Assembly: GCA_023898585.1 (NCBI GenBank)
Contig: CP060229.1
Location: 790,587 to 854,586, forward strand
Source: Candidatus Nomurabacteria bacterium
GTDB taxonomy: Bacteria; Patescibacteriota; Minisyncoccia; Phycocordibacterales; UBA918
Direction: 5' to 3'
DNA length: 64,000 bases
Positions 19,045 through 29,023 of the stretch are shown in pieces. Under the pieces are notes generated by a model. It did no database searches and was not told the DNA's origin. It saw nothing but the letters and a program-made list of their open reading frames with translations. Every line of letters begins with the position of its first letter. Within the stretch, counting starts at the first letter, position 1. A program made the translations under genes and the position numbers.

Positions 19045-20231
19045 TATAACAAGAGGTTGTGCAAATACTGTCTAGTAATCAGTTCGTACGTTTCAAGCTG
19101 ACCATCAACAAACGCTACTCCATTTGAGTACGGTAGCTCTTTAGTTAGTTCTGAAGCTGACTGCATTTTCTTGTTCAGCCGTTCTGGGTGTTTTGGGTTC
19201 CAATGATTGAATATCAGACGCTTGAACTCTTTTGCTCCGTGGTCTCGAATGATACAAGTCAGACCGTACGCTATCAGAGCGTGGTTCATACTGTGTGCCC
19301 CACCGTTAGCTTTTGCATTCTCAACGATGTGTTGCAGTAGCTTGTAACTATCCGTTGGACCAATGAGAGCAAGTTGGTTTTCGGGTCGACCAACCAACTC
19401 ACGCCAAGATTGCAACAACACCTGCTTACTCAATTCTGGTGAGAACACATCACGAAACGTTATGTACGTTTTAGGTTTCTGACCAAGCGTAGCATTGATG
19501 ATACGCTCTACTGTTTGGGTCTTTTTGATGCGATATTCATAACGAAATATCTCTTTGTTGTGTAAACCGTACTCGTCAATGATGGTACGCTCATAATCCA
19601 TCTGACCTTTGTCCTTACGTTTATTCTTGGTTCGTACAGCATCGGTGACTTTGTCATAGAATACTCGTTCAACAACACCAGAATATAGATGTAGTATCTG
19701 ACCACCATTTTTTGTCTCTTTAGTAGTCACATCGACCGTTCGATTGATGTCTACCCGCTGTAGGTCAGCTAACACGTCTTGCAATAGAATGTGTTTTGGT
19801 AAAAATATGTTCTTACAAAAATGGACCGCTGACACACGAGCATCCATTAGGTTCTTCTTTTCAATCTGAATACCAGCTTGTGACAATGTGTGTTGCAGTA
19901 CTGCGATTGTTTTAGCAAAATCAGCATCGCACACCTCCTGCACGCTATTGCCGTACAGTAACTTTGGTACTGAAAATGTGATAATCATCACGTACTTGAC
20001 CTGTTTGTTTGGTTTATCGAGCGTTTCAAGCACATCCACTTGTGGGATGTATTTACCCTGTGGTGGGGCTTGTAAATGAAACCGACGTAGGTAGTTACGA
20101 ACTGGTGGTTGCTTTTGTTCATTTGGTGTCAGGTCCTTATATTCACGTTTATTTATTTCAGGCAAAAACAAATCGTGTTTTTGGATTTTGAACTTGTGAG
20201 GACCGTATAGTTTGAGAATAACTGTATCCAT
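19044..20231 (-). CDS. Rep_trans-like rolling-circle replication initiator (putative)
   Basis: 395 aa. The motif ERVFYDK resembles the catalytic-Tyr motif R-[IV]-Y-[ND]-K of pT181 RepC-type initiators, and is followed by RYEYRIKK (compare RVEIELKR). This was recognised from memory only. Confidence 0.45.
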   Translation of the reverse strand: MDTVILKLYGPHKFKIQKHDLFLPEINKREYKDLTPNEQKQPPVRNYLRRFHLQAPPQGKYIPQVDVLETLDKPNKQVKYVMIITFSVPKLLYGNSVQEVCDADFAKTIAVLQHTLSQAGIQIEKKNLMDARVSAVHFCKNIFLPKHILLQDVLADLQRVDINRTVDVTTKETKNGGQILHLYSGVVERVFYDKVTDAVRTKNKRKDKGQMDYERTIIDEYGLHNKEIFRYEYRIKKTQTVERIINATLGQKPKTYITFRDVFSPELSKQVLLQSWRELVGRPENQLALIGPTDSYKLLQHIVENAKANGGAHSMNHALIAYGLTCIIRDHGAKEFKRLIFNHWNPKHPERLNKKMQSASELTKELPYSNGVAFVDGQLETYELITRQYLHNLLL

Positions 20232-20280
20232 AGGTGTATTTGTTGTTGTAGGTGTTTTTCAAGGAAACCTCTGTGTCTGT

Positions 20281-20541
20281 CTAATCAGAGTAGAGTTTGC
20301 TCTTGAGGGCTTTCAAACTGTCAAAGTACGACCGAGCTTTGACACGGAGTTCATCTGCATAAAACTTATTGGCAGATTGCTCAATGCCTTTCTTGTATTC
20401 AAAAACAAATAAGGCACGGCGGTTGGTGCGGTCTAGTGTCTTGAGCTTGTATCCTGATGTCAAAAGTGACGCTGATACACCCAAGTCATAGGTGGTGAAG
20501 ACGTTAGATTGTTCTTCTGTAGTTTCTTTCTTCATATTCAT
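20281..20541 (-). CDS. hypothetical protein
   Basis: 86 aa, in an operon between the 630-aa and Rep-like genes. No recognisable motif. Confidence 0.4.
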   Translation of the reverse strand: MNMKKETTEEQSNVFTTYDLGVSASLLTSGYKLKTLDRTNRRALFVFEYKKGIEQSANKFYADELRVKARSYFDSLKALKSKLYSD

Positions 20542-20658
20542 TTGCTAGTTGCTAATCGAGACGAGGTGTCTCTTATAGGCATCTGGCAAAAAGTCACCCA
20601 AATACAAAAAGACCCGATACTGTCGGGTCAGGAGGGGTCTGGTTTTTTATTCGATTTG

Positions 20659-22551
20659 TTACCGTGCTAGGTCACTGAAGATGTCGTCAACTTCTTCCAA
20701 AAGTGGGTCTTGTAGAGTTTTTGTAGGTTGGTGGTTACTATCTTTATTGTAAAAAATATCCATTTTCAAGTCGTAGCCAGTTTGAGGTGTGTACTCTCTA
20801 AACGGGTCCGTGTCCAACGAAAAGTACGCCATCAGACGTTTAGATAGTCGGTGTTTATGTTGCTTGTAGTTATCGCTAGCATTACCATCACTAGCTTTCA
20901 TAGAACCGTTACTTTCAGCAAGTGCTTTCAAGAATGCCCACTGTAGATTTGGCGGTTGTCCATTCTTTCTATTGTCTGCAAAGCCCATATCAGCATAACC
21001 AGTGTTATGAACATTACCAGCAAGTCGTATTTCAACAGTTTCATCATCTAAAAATCTCATCGTGATATTTTCCCAACGAGTGCCAGCTGGGATAGTTTTA
21101 GGATACGTGGATTGTTTTTTTGCTTTCTTTTGTTCACTTTTAGTGTCCAGATTTTCGTGAATAAGATGAAGTTTTTGGATATTCTCCGTCGGCTCTGGCT
21201 CATCGGTAGCAGTTCGTTTGTTAGCAATCAGTGAGTTGACGGCTTCAAGTGCGATTTCATCATCAGTCATATCTGATGTTGCTTCAGCTTTGCTAATCAG
21301 TTTTGTGATATCACTATGGGCTTTATACAGACGAGGACGGATAGCTTCCCAACTCAACTCTGCACGCTCACCATCAAGGTCTGTGTGGACCAGTGACTTC
21401 CAGTAGTGTTCTGCTGAATAGAAATCATCAAACGGACGATAAAACTCAATCTTGTGCCGTTTGAGTGGTATTGCATTTATCAGTAACTGGATTTTGTCAG
21501 CTAGTTTTACATAAGCATCATTCAGTTCTGGGTCTGGTTTGGTAGTGTCTACACAGAACAGTTCGATGATATTCATATACGCCTGATGATACTCACGTAT
21601 TTTCATCAATCGACCTTTATTCTTGATGATAACTGGGTCATCCTCTTTCAAGCTATCAACTAAACTCTGGATGATTTCCGCTTCTGTCTGCTTTGGTTTG
21701 ATTGGTCGATTGATTTCTTTGGGTATTGGTTCGATGGTGTATTTACCGTCAGTTTCTATCAATGTCAGCTTGTCATACGCTAAAAATCGGTCGATTTTCT
21801 CTTTGAACGTATCAAGGTTTTCTAGGTACGGCTCGTAGTTGATAGGTTGCAATAGAGCCGAGAGGATAGTTTCAATATGTTTATCTGCATTGATGTCTTT
21901 TTGTCGCATTGTCTGCAAAACGTCATTGAAATCAAAGAATGTGTAGTCCTGACTTCTGTCCAGATAATCCTGTACCACTGAAAGAGGATAAATATATTTT
22001 ATCTCCTTGAGGATTGGTTCAACTATCCGTATGACTTCAAAACGCTGTAGTGGTACTTCTCCTGCAATCAAGCTGATTGCTTTGGAGCTGATTGAGCACT
22101 TGTATACGTCTGGCAAATCATCAGCTTTTGGTGGGTCAAATACCCCTACTTCATTTTTTGGTACGGGACTACCTTTTGATACTTTTGCTGGTTTCGGTGC
22201 TTCAGCTTCACTCATTGGGACCAGCTTGGCAGTTTTTTCGGTGTGCTGGATTTCAATATCGTCGTACGACAGTATTTCATTTAGCCGTTGAATAAACGCA
22301 ATACGGCGTTCTGGGTCAGGAAAAGAGAGCGGATGACAAAACTCCGCTATTGCTTCTGGGATGTCATTTTCTTTATTCTCAAACTTGGAAAAGGCATCAA
22401 GAGTAATACGCCACTTGGCATACAAACTCTCGTCAGTTTCTACACCAATATCCTTGAAAACGGTCGTGATTTCGTTAGTGGTGAAGTATTCTCCAATGGT
22501 GCGAGCTATCTGCTCTTTGACACGGCTACTGATTTTCATATTCATTCTCAT
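20659..22551 (-). CDS. hypothetical protein, 630 aa (mobile-element/defence-island cargo)
   Basis: Long ORF of ordinary composition and no recognisable catalytic motif. First gene of the minus-strand operon that ends at recombinase 2. Confidence 0.5.
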   Translation of the reverse strand: MRMNMKISSRVKEQIARTIGEYFTTNEITTVFKDIGVETDESLYAKWRITLDAFSKFENKENDIPEAIAEFCHPLSFPDPERRIAFIQRLNEILSYDDIEIQHTEKTAKLVPMSEAEAPKPAKVSKGSPVPKNEVGVFDPPKADDLPDVYKCSISSKAISLIAGEVPLQRFEVIRIVEPILKEIKYIYPLSVVQDYLDRSQDYTFFDFNDVLQTMRQKDINADKHIETILSALLQPINYEPYLENLDTFKEKIDRFLAYDKLTLIETDGKYTIEPIPKEINRPIKPKQTEAEIIQSLVDSLKEDDPVIIKNKGRLMKIREYHQAYMNIIELFCVDTTKPDPELNDAYVKLADKIQLLINAIPLKRHKIEFYRPFDDFYSAEHYWKSLVHTDLDGERAELSWEAIRPRLYKAHSDITKLISKAEATSDMTDDEIALEAVNSLIANKRTATDEPEPTENIQKLHLIHENLDTKSEQKKAKKQSTYPKTIPAGTRWENITMRFLDDETVEIRLAGNVHNTGYADMGFADNRKNGQPPNLQWAFLKALAESNGSMKASDGNASDNYKQHKHRLSKRLMAYFSLDTDPFREYTPQTGYDLKMDIFYNKDSNHQPTKTLQDPLLEEVDDIFSDLAR

Positions 22552-22605
22552 TGCACAACGTCAACATTGAGCAGACAAAACTGTTGTGTATAATGATGTT
22601 ACCAA

Positions 22606-22824
22606 ATGTTAGGTAAAATACCAATGAGCGAAAACCCTAAAAAAGACGTAAATATGCCTGAACTGCTCACTCTTTCAGAAGCGTGTGAGCTATTGAAAGT
22701 GCATCCCAATACATTACGTCAGTGGGACAAAAAAGGTGTGTTACCTGCCATTAGGATTGGCACAAAGCGAATACGTAGGTATCGCAAAGAAGACATCATC
22801 AAGATGTTGGATGAAAAAATATGA
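22606..22824 (+). CDS. excisionase-family/MerR-like helix-turn-helix DNA-binding protein
   Basis: LLTLSEACELLKVHPNTLRQWDKKGVLPAIRIG...RRYRKEDI matches the HTH_17/excisionase pattern. It is divergent from the 630-aa operon and upstream of the Type III mod gene. Confidence 0.55.
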   Translation: MLGKIPMSENPKKDVNMPELLTLSEACELLKVHPNTLRQWDKKGVLPAIRIGTKRIRRYRKEDIIKMLDEKI

Positions 22825-23034
22825 TAGATATCTAACACTACAATCCGCCTAACCTCACAATGTGAGCACGGCATAAAATACCCGACCAAGATAGTAACCT
22901 CCTCATCAGGTTGTTGCACTCTTGGTCGGGTCGTAGCTCGAAAGGGCTACGGGCAGTTGGAAACAGCTGTCGCAGTCAACTCTGGTGAGGAGTTTTCTGT
23001 TTTATAAATCCATTCATAAAATCCCGACCAAGGT

Positions 23035-24870
23035 ATGAATACAAAAACCAAGAAAGCCACCAATGGTGGTGATAAAGCCCCAACCCAAAAACTTTCTGCA
23101 ACGAAAGGTCGAGCAATGCTTGAGTGGTATGGCAAGCGTGCTCCCAAAAGTATTGACTGGTTTCCAGCTCAAGAAAAAGAAGTGTACGGCAATCTCAAAG
23201 CCAAGGATTGGAACAAGCTATTTTGGGGTGACAACAAACAAGTACTCTCGCACTTACTCAAGGAGTATCGTGGCAAAGTTGATTTGATATACATTGACCC
23301 ACCGTTTGATAGCAAGGCGGATTACGTCAAAAAAGTGAAGCTGAACGGTCAAAAACTGCAAGGTGTGGACCAAAATGTGCTCGAAGAAATGCAGTACACC
23401 GATATGTGGGAGAAAGATGAGTACCTACAGTTTATGTACGAACGGCTCATCATTATGCGTGAACTGATGTCTGAAACGGGGTCTATTTACTTACATTGTG
23501 ACTGGCATAAAAACTCGCACTTACGCTTGATTATGGATGAAGTATTTGGAGAAGATAACTTGGTCAGAGAAGTTATATGGAACAGAGGGAATGCCTCTGG
23601 AGGTAAAGCTGGTGCAAGAAACTGGATACATACACACGACACGATACTTTTTTACGCAAAAAATAAAGAAACATCTACTTTCAACAAACAATACGACGAG
23701 TATTCTGAAGAATACATCAACGAACGCTTTACTCACACTGATGAGAAAGGTAGATATCGTTTGCAAGGTTCAGATAACAGAAAACAATATCTATCCGAGT
23801 CGAAAGGTAAAGCAGTTACTTCTGTGTGGGACCTGCCAGATATCAACGTAATGGCACTTGAGCGAACTGATTACCCCACACAAAAACCCCAAACAATACT
23901 TGAGATGATAATCAAAGCATCTTCAAACGAGGGTGATTTAGTGATGGATTGCTTTGTTGGGTCTGGGAGCACCATTGCTGTTGCTGAAAAGCTAGGTAGA
24001 CGCTGGATTGGTTGTGATATCAACAAAGGAGCTATCATTACTTCAACCGAGCGACTGCAAAAGATTGTTTCTGAAAAAGGTGATAAAACTGGCTTCAAGG
24101 TCTATAACGTCAATCACTACGATGTGTTCAATAACGATATCCAAGCCAAGCAACTACTCATTGAGACATACAAGATAGATGAACTCTCACGAGGTGATTT
24201 TGACGGTACGCTCGGGGTTGATTTCGTAAAAATCATTTCACCCAATCGAGTGTTTTCAAAGTTGGACGCTCAACACGTCATTGACGCTATCAAGAAAAGC
24301 AAAACACTCTTTACTGCCAAAACTACTAGCAAGCAAAAAGAAAGTGTCTTTGAAAACAAGGTGATTGTGATTTGTAGTGGAACCGAGTTAGATGTGCGTG
24401 ACTTTATCAAGCAAGAGAACAAAACAGGTGTCGATATCGAGGTGCGTGATATCCAATCAGATAAACGTGAGTTGGACTTCAAGAAGCCAACTGAAGCATC
24501 TATCTCATATGTTCTCAAAGGCAAGAAACTGAACGTAGAGGTGAAAGATTACTACTCACCGCTCTTGATGAAGCGATTAGAGCTAGAGAACGAGGGTCGG
24601 CTTTCAAAGAAAGAGCGTGTAAACGTATTTGATTTCCGCCAAGCGATTGAGCACGTTGTGATAGATATCAACTACGGCGAGGGTCAAAAGAAGAATGACG
24701 ATATTGCGTTCAACGCAGAAGCGTTCTTACATAAAGACAAAAAGAATGACCTTGTGTCAGTCACCCACGAGCACACCTACGAGAAGAAAGGAACATACAC
24801 GATAGCAGTCAAGATTGTGGATGTATTGGGTGAAGAATACTTTGAAACTAGAGAAATAACCGTGAAGTAA
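23035..24870 (+). CDS. mod: Type III restriction-modification methyltransferase (Mod), beta-class N6A/N4C MTase
   Basis: Motif IV DLIYIDPPFDSK precedes motif I (DCFVGSGST), which is beta-class motif order. Its 611-aa size is typical of Mod, and it is directly followed by a res-like helicase-nuclease. Confidence 0.8.
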   Translation: MNTKTKKATNGGDKAPTQKLSATKGRAMLEWYGKRAPKSIDWFPAQEKEVYGNLKAKDWNKLFWGDNKQVLSHLLKEYRGKVDLIYIDPPFDSKADYVKKVKLNGQKLQGVDQNVLEEMQYTDMWEKDEYLQFMYERLIIMRELMSETGSIYLHCDWHKNSHLRLIMDEVFGEDNLVREVIWNRGNASGGKAGARNWIHTHDTILFYAKNKETSTFNKQYDEYSEEYINERFTHTDEKGRYRLQGSDNRKQYLSESKGKAVTSVWDLPDINVMALERTDYPTQKPQTILEMIIKASSNEGDLVMDCFVGSGSTIAVAEKLGRRWIGCDINKGAIITSTERLQKIVSEKGDKTGFKVYNVNHYDVFNNDIQAKQLLIETYKIDELSRGDFDGTLGVDFVKIISPNRVFSKLDAQHVIDAIKKSKTLFTAKTTSKQKESVFENKVIVICSGTELDVRDFIKQENKTGVDIEVRDIQSDKRELDFKKPTEASISYVLKGKKLNVEVKDYYSPLLMKRLELENEGRLSKKERVNVFDFRQAIEHVVIDINYGEGQKKNDDIAFNAEAFLHKDKKNDLVSVTHEHTYEKKGTYTIAVKIVDVLGEEYFETREITVK

Positions 24871-24871
24871 T

Positions 24872-27481
24872 ATGCAGTTATTCGTTCAAGCCCTACAAAG
24901 TCGAGTGACCAGCTGGAAAGAAGCTGGTTATGCAGGCATCTACCCTGAAACTAGAAACATTCTCGCTCACATCAAGAGCAACAACTTTTTGCACGAACCA
25001 CAGCGTGAAGCCCTTGAAACATACATTTATCTCAAAGAAGTACTCGATAATCGTTCGGTCCCACAGATAGTCGCCGAGTACGCTGATAGTGACACTGACT
25101 TTTTGAAAGTCCTTGGTTTTGAGCAAGGCGTGATTGAGCTGTGGAGCGACCTATCGCCAGAGAAACGAACCGAGCGGATACAAAAGCAACTAGCTGGACT
25201 TGGCTTTGCTGAATATGGTTATGCTAACTTTGTACTCGCTCTCACAATGGGTTCTGGTAAAACCATTTTGATGGGCACGCTGATGATGTATGAGTTTATT
25301 GTGTCGTTCAATCACCCTGACGACACCCGCTTTGCCAAGAACGTGTTGGTGTTTGGACCAGCTGATACGGGTATCGTTGAGGTGCTCAAGGAAATAAAGA
25401 CCTTTGATTACAGCACGGTGATACCACGAGAATATGAAGATATCTTACTCAACATCAAATACTGGTACTTGGAGAAGCCAGAAACGCCACTCAACCCACT
25501 TGGCAACTACAACGTGATAGTGAGTAACTCATCCAAAATCATCTTGCGTAACTGGAGTGACGTAAACAAAGGTAATCGGCTCTTTGAACTACGCAAAGAA
25601 ACAGCCAACAAACGCCTGACAGCAATCCAGCAACTAGAAAATCTAGCGGTCTTTGTTGATGAAGCCCACCACTCTTATGGTGAAGATGTGTCAAAGAAGC
25701 TGAACCAATCTCGTAAAACCATTCACCACCTTGCTGAAAACACTAACGTAGTGACGGTCGCCAACCTCACTGGTACACCGTATGTGAAGAACGTGATGTT
25801 GCCAGATACGGTATACACGTTCAGCTTGCAACACGGTATTGAGAAAGGCATCTTGAAACAAGTTACGGTCAGTAATCACGGTAGTAGCAACGAGGTCCAA
25901 TCAGAGGACTTTGTGAACTCGGTCGTAGATATGTTCTGGAAAGAATATGGCGATACTCGGATTGCCGAAAAACTGCCCAAGATTGCGTTTTATACGACAG
26001 ATATAACAATGCTCGAACAGCTAGAAGAAAACCTCGACAAAGCCCTCCAGCGGCTTCATATACCCCTCTCAAAGAAGATTGTCTGGCACTCAACGTACAC
26101 AGGTGAGAAAAAGAAAGACGCTGACTATGAGTTCAATCGCCTAGATACGCCAGAAAGTGAAAAACAGTTCATTTTGCTGGTAAATAAAGGGACCGAGGGC
26201 TGGAACTGTAAGTCATTGGTAGCGGTTGCGTTGTACAAGAACTCAACCAGTAATAACTTCGTACTACAGGCATCGTGTCGCTGTTTACGGCGTATTGGTG
26301 ACAATAGCGTGAAAGCACGAGTATTCTTGTCAGATGAGAACTACAAAGTGCTCAATCGAGAGCTAGAAAACAACTTCAATACTGATATCTCGCAACTGAC
26401 TGGCAAAGTACAAAATGAAGTACAGGTTGATTTGGTGGTTGAGAAAAGACGTACGGTAGAGATAAATCGTAAGTTAGTTGAAATACTCTCATCAAGCAAT
26501 ATAAAGCCGAGCAATATAAAGATTGACCTCAAAAAGACCCCACCCAAGAAAACCATACCGTTGATACAAGAACGAGAGATTAGCTTGAGTGATGATGGTA
26601 AAGCGGTGTACCGTGACCCTATTTCTGTGCAGTCAGCTGATACTGAAACGCAAGAACGTTCATTTGGGTATTACGACATTGTTGCGTTGCTACAACAAAA
26701 AACACACTTGTCGTTCACTGCTATAAATGAGATTTTTGAAGCCAACAAGATAACCCGTGACGCACTGGTAAAAGCAGTTGAAAAGAACTACTTGGTGGTC
26801 CACGGTATCGTCAATCAAATACTCGAACAAGCTATCAGCTACGAACAAAAAGAAACCATCAAGACCGAACTGCTTGAGCTAACCAAAGCGTTTCCGTTCA
26901 AAATCAATGTCAAACGAGAGTTGCACGAAACTGATACTGAAGCGTTTGCACGTAGTTTACTGATTTATCGTGAACAAGAAGAAGCAAATGGTCACAAATC
27001 GCAGTTTGGTTTTCACGTCAATCCGTACAACTTTGACAGCACTGACGAGTTAGAGATATTCAAATATCTACGGCAAGGACTACGAGACAATGAAGCCGTG
27101 TCAGACGTTTATTTCACTGGCGGTATCACCAATGAAAAGCATAATGAGTTTTTCTTTGAATACTGGAACCCAGCTGAAGAACGAGTATCAAAGTACTTTC
27201 CAGATTTCTTGGTTGAGACAACCAGCGGTCGCTACTTGGTCCTTGAGGTGAAAGATGACCGTGCTGAAACTAAACTGGCATATGAGAACGACAAGAAACG
27301 CTATCGCAAAGGCAGTATTACAAAGGACCAACTTTCAAGCATTGTCTATGCAAAAGAAGTGGGATTTGATGAGTTCAAAGCCCTCAACAAGAACTTTGAG
27401 TACCACATCGTATTCAACGGTACTGTCGCATCTAATCAGCAAGAAGTACTCGAAAAGATTGTGAAAAATAAGCGTGGTTAG
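24872..27481 (+). CDS. res: Type III restriction endonuclease Res subunit (SF2 helicase + C-terminal PD-(D/E)xK)
   Basis: Walker A (TMGSGKT), DEAH box (VFVDEAHH), a helicase motif VI region and a C-terminal nuclease motif PDFLVE...LVLEVKD. Its start is 2 nt after the mod stop. Confidence 0.8.
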   Translation: MQLFVQALQSRVTSWKEAGYAGIYPETRNILAHIKSNNFLHEPQREALETYIYLKEVLDNRSVPQIVAEYADSDTDFLKVLGFEQGVIELWSDLSPEKRTERIQKQLAGLGFAEYGYANFVLALTMGSGKTILMGTLMMYEFIVSFNHPDDTRFAKNVLVFGPADTGIVEVLKEIKTFDYSTVIPREYEDILLNIKYWYLEKPETPLNPLGNYNVIVSNSSKIILRNWSDVNKGNRLFELRKETANKRLTAIQQLENLAVFVDEAHHSYGEDVSKKLNQSRKTIHHLAENTNVVTVANLTGTPYVKNVMLPDTVYTFSLQHGIEKGILKQVTVSNHGSSNEVQSEDFVNSVVDMFWKEYGDTRIAEKLPKIAFYTTDITMLEQLEENLDKALQRLHIPLSKKIVWHSTYTGEKKKDADYEFNRLDTPESEKQFILLVNKGTEGWNCKSLVAVALYKNSTSNNFVLQASCRCLRRIGDNSVKARVFLSDENYKVLNRELENNFNTDISQLTGKVQNEVQVDLVVEKRRTVEINRKLVEILSSSNIKPSNIKIDLKKTPPKKTIPLIQEREISLSDDGKAVYRDPISVQSADTETQERSFGYYDIVALLQQKTHLSFTAINEIFEANKITRDALVKAVEKNYLVVHGIVNQILEQAISYEQKETIKTELLELTKAFPFKINVKRELHETDTEAFARSLLIYREQEEANGHKSQFGFHVNPYNFDSTDELEIFKYLRQGLRDNEAVSDVYFTGGITNEKHNEFFFEYWNPAEERVSKYFPDFLVETTSGRYLVLEVKDDRAETKLAYENDKKRYRKGSITKDQLSSIVYAKEVGFDEFKALNKNFEYHIVFNGTVASNQQEVLEKIVKNKRG

Positions 27482-28518
27482 TTAGTCATCAAAAACCAAT
27501 ACAAGTTCTTCAAATCTTCACTTACTTTGTATTCACTTGCGTGAGACAAAGCACCCAGATACGAGTTCAAAGATTGCTCTGCTGTCTCACTGTTCGATTT
27601 GCTCTCTCTAACTTTCCTCATCAGACCTTTATACACTCGTCGTCTTGTCTTGGTTCGCAATCGCTTGTAGTGCGGTAAAACAACATAGCCAAGATAATCT
27701 GCACCGTTATGAAGTTTGTGAACAGAAACTTTATTTGGGTGCAAAGATAGCTTTAGATGTTCACCAAGAAAGTCAGATACTGGCTTCAATAGGTCAATAA
27801 GATACTGCTCATTATCAGCAACCACCACAAAGTCATCAGTGTAGCGTGCATAGTGTTTTGCTTTCACAGTGTGCTTCATAAACTGGTCAAACTCGTTCAT
27901 ATAGATATTGGCAAACAGTTGCGAGGTGAGATTGCCGATTGGTATGCCTTTTCGCTCAAACAGATTGGAAGTTCCAGCTGAAAAACTACCGATGATTTCT
28001 TCTAACAAACTCACTACTTCAACATCATCAATCACTCTATTCAAAATACCAATCAAAACACTATGGTCTACACTGTCAAAAAATCGTCTAATATCGCACT
28101 TCAGCACAAAGCACGGTTTGGTGTAGTTTTTACTCACTTTTCTTGTTGCTTTTTCAAGCCAAAGCACTCCTTTGTGCGTGCCTTTGTTCACTCGACAAGA
28201 AAAAGACGTTGCAATAAACAATGGGTCGAACAAAGGATACAGCTTGTTGTATATGGCGTGATGCAACACTCGGTCACGTACCGTTGCTTTATGAATATGT
28301 CGGCGTTTTGGGTCAGTGATGTAAAACCCTTTGTACGTACCGTGCCGATATGACTTATTTTTCAAATCCCTATGCAGTGCAAAGATATTTTGTTCAAGCT
28401 CCCACTCAAAACGCAAGACGTCTTTCTTCTTGGTTTTGCCACGACGAAATACTTTCCACGCCAAAAAGAGGTTTTTGGTGTCGGTTATTTCTGTATATAA
28501 GTTAGTAAATGTTTTCAT
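27478..28518 (-). CDS. diversity-generating retroelement (DGR) reverse transcriptase
   Basis: RT motifs are present, including YTDDFVV (YxDD) and the DGR-specific IGNLTSQLFANIY (I/LGxxxSQ), which replaces the QGxxxSP of group II RTs. It is 347-356 aa with no maturase domain. Start adjusted to MKTFTNLY. Confidence 0.85.
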   Translation of the reverse strand: MKTFTNLYTEITDTKNLFLAWKVFRRGKTKKKDVLRFEWELEQNIFALHRDLKNKSYRHGTYKGFYITDPKRRHIHKATVRDRVLHHAIYNKLYPLFDPLFIATSFSCRVNKGTHKGVLWLEKATRKVSKNYTKPCFVLKCDIRRFFDSVDHSVLIGILNRVIDDVEVVSLLEEIIGSFSAGTSNLFERKGIPIGNLTSQLFANIYMNEFDQFMKHTVKAKHYARYTDDFVVVADNEQYLIDLLKPVSDFLGEHLKLSLHPNKVSVHKLHNGADYLGYVVLPHYKRLRTKTRRRVYKGLMRKVRESKSNSETAEQSLNSYLGALSHASEYKVSEDLKNLYWFLMTN

Positions 28519-28519
28519 T

Positions 28520-28867
28520 ATGGATGAGTTTGATATACCAATTTTCAAGAAAAGCTATGACCTGTATCGTCAATTGCACGAGCTACGAATAAAAGTTTCC
28601 AAACAAGATAGACATACACTCTGGCAAAAACTAGAGAACAGCACGCTTGAAGTAATTGAGGGTATTTTACGAGCCAGCTCAATGACTAAAGATGAGAAGT
28701 TGCCAGTACTGCAAGAAGTTAGTCATAATCTCAACGTTACTCGTATATTCATTCGTCTGGCTAAAGATACGAAAGTTATTGACATAGCTAAATACGAGCA
28801 TTTTCAGAGCCAAGTCGATGAAATTGGCAGAATGCTTGGCGGTTGGATAAAACAGGTAAAAAGCTGA
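28520..28867 (+). CDS. avd: DGR accessory variability determinant (Avd), four-helix-bundle protein
   Basis: About 115 aa. The C-terminus IGRMLGGWIKQVKS closely resembles Bordetella phage bAvd (VGRILGSWIARVNRK). Its start is 1 nt from the RT start, on the opposite strand. Confidence 0.7.
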   Translation: MDEFDIPIFKKSYDLYRQLHELRIKVSKQDRHTLWQKLENSTLEVIEGILRASSMTKDEKLPVLQEVSHNLNVTRIFIRLAKDTKVIDIAKYEHFQSQVDEIGRMLGGWIKQVKS

Positions 28868-28869
28868 AC

Positions 28870-28898
28870 AAAACGCTCCTTGATTGGGAGCGTTTTGT
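28870..28898 (+). terminator. rho-independent terminator after avd
   Basis: AAAACGCTCC-TTGATTG-GGAGCGTTTT forms a stem-loop that is followed by a T-run. Confidence 0.45.
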
Positions 28899-28912
28899 AA
28901 TAAAGATTTGAT

Positions 28913-29023
28913 TTCCGAGAAGACGAAACACCGATGTTGTCGTTACGGTTGTCATCCCAGTAGTTGTTGACATTCAGACCGTCAGCATCGAAGTTGCCGA
29001 CGATGACACGGTTGCCGTCCGCA
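28913..29023 (-). ncRNA. DGR template repeat (TR), 111 bp
   Basis: 111-bp repeat of VR (29413-29523) with 10 mismatches. Every mismatch falls where the TR sense (minus) strand has A. Confidence 0.85.
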
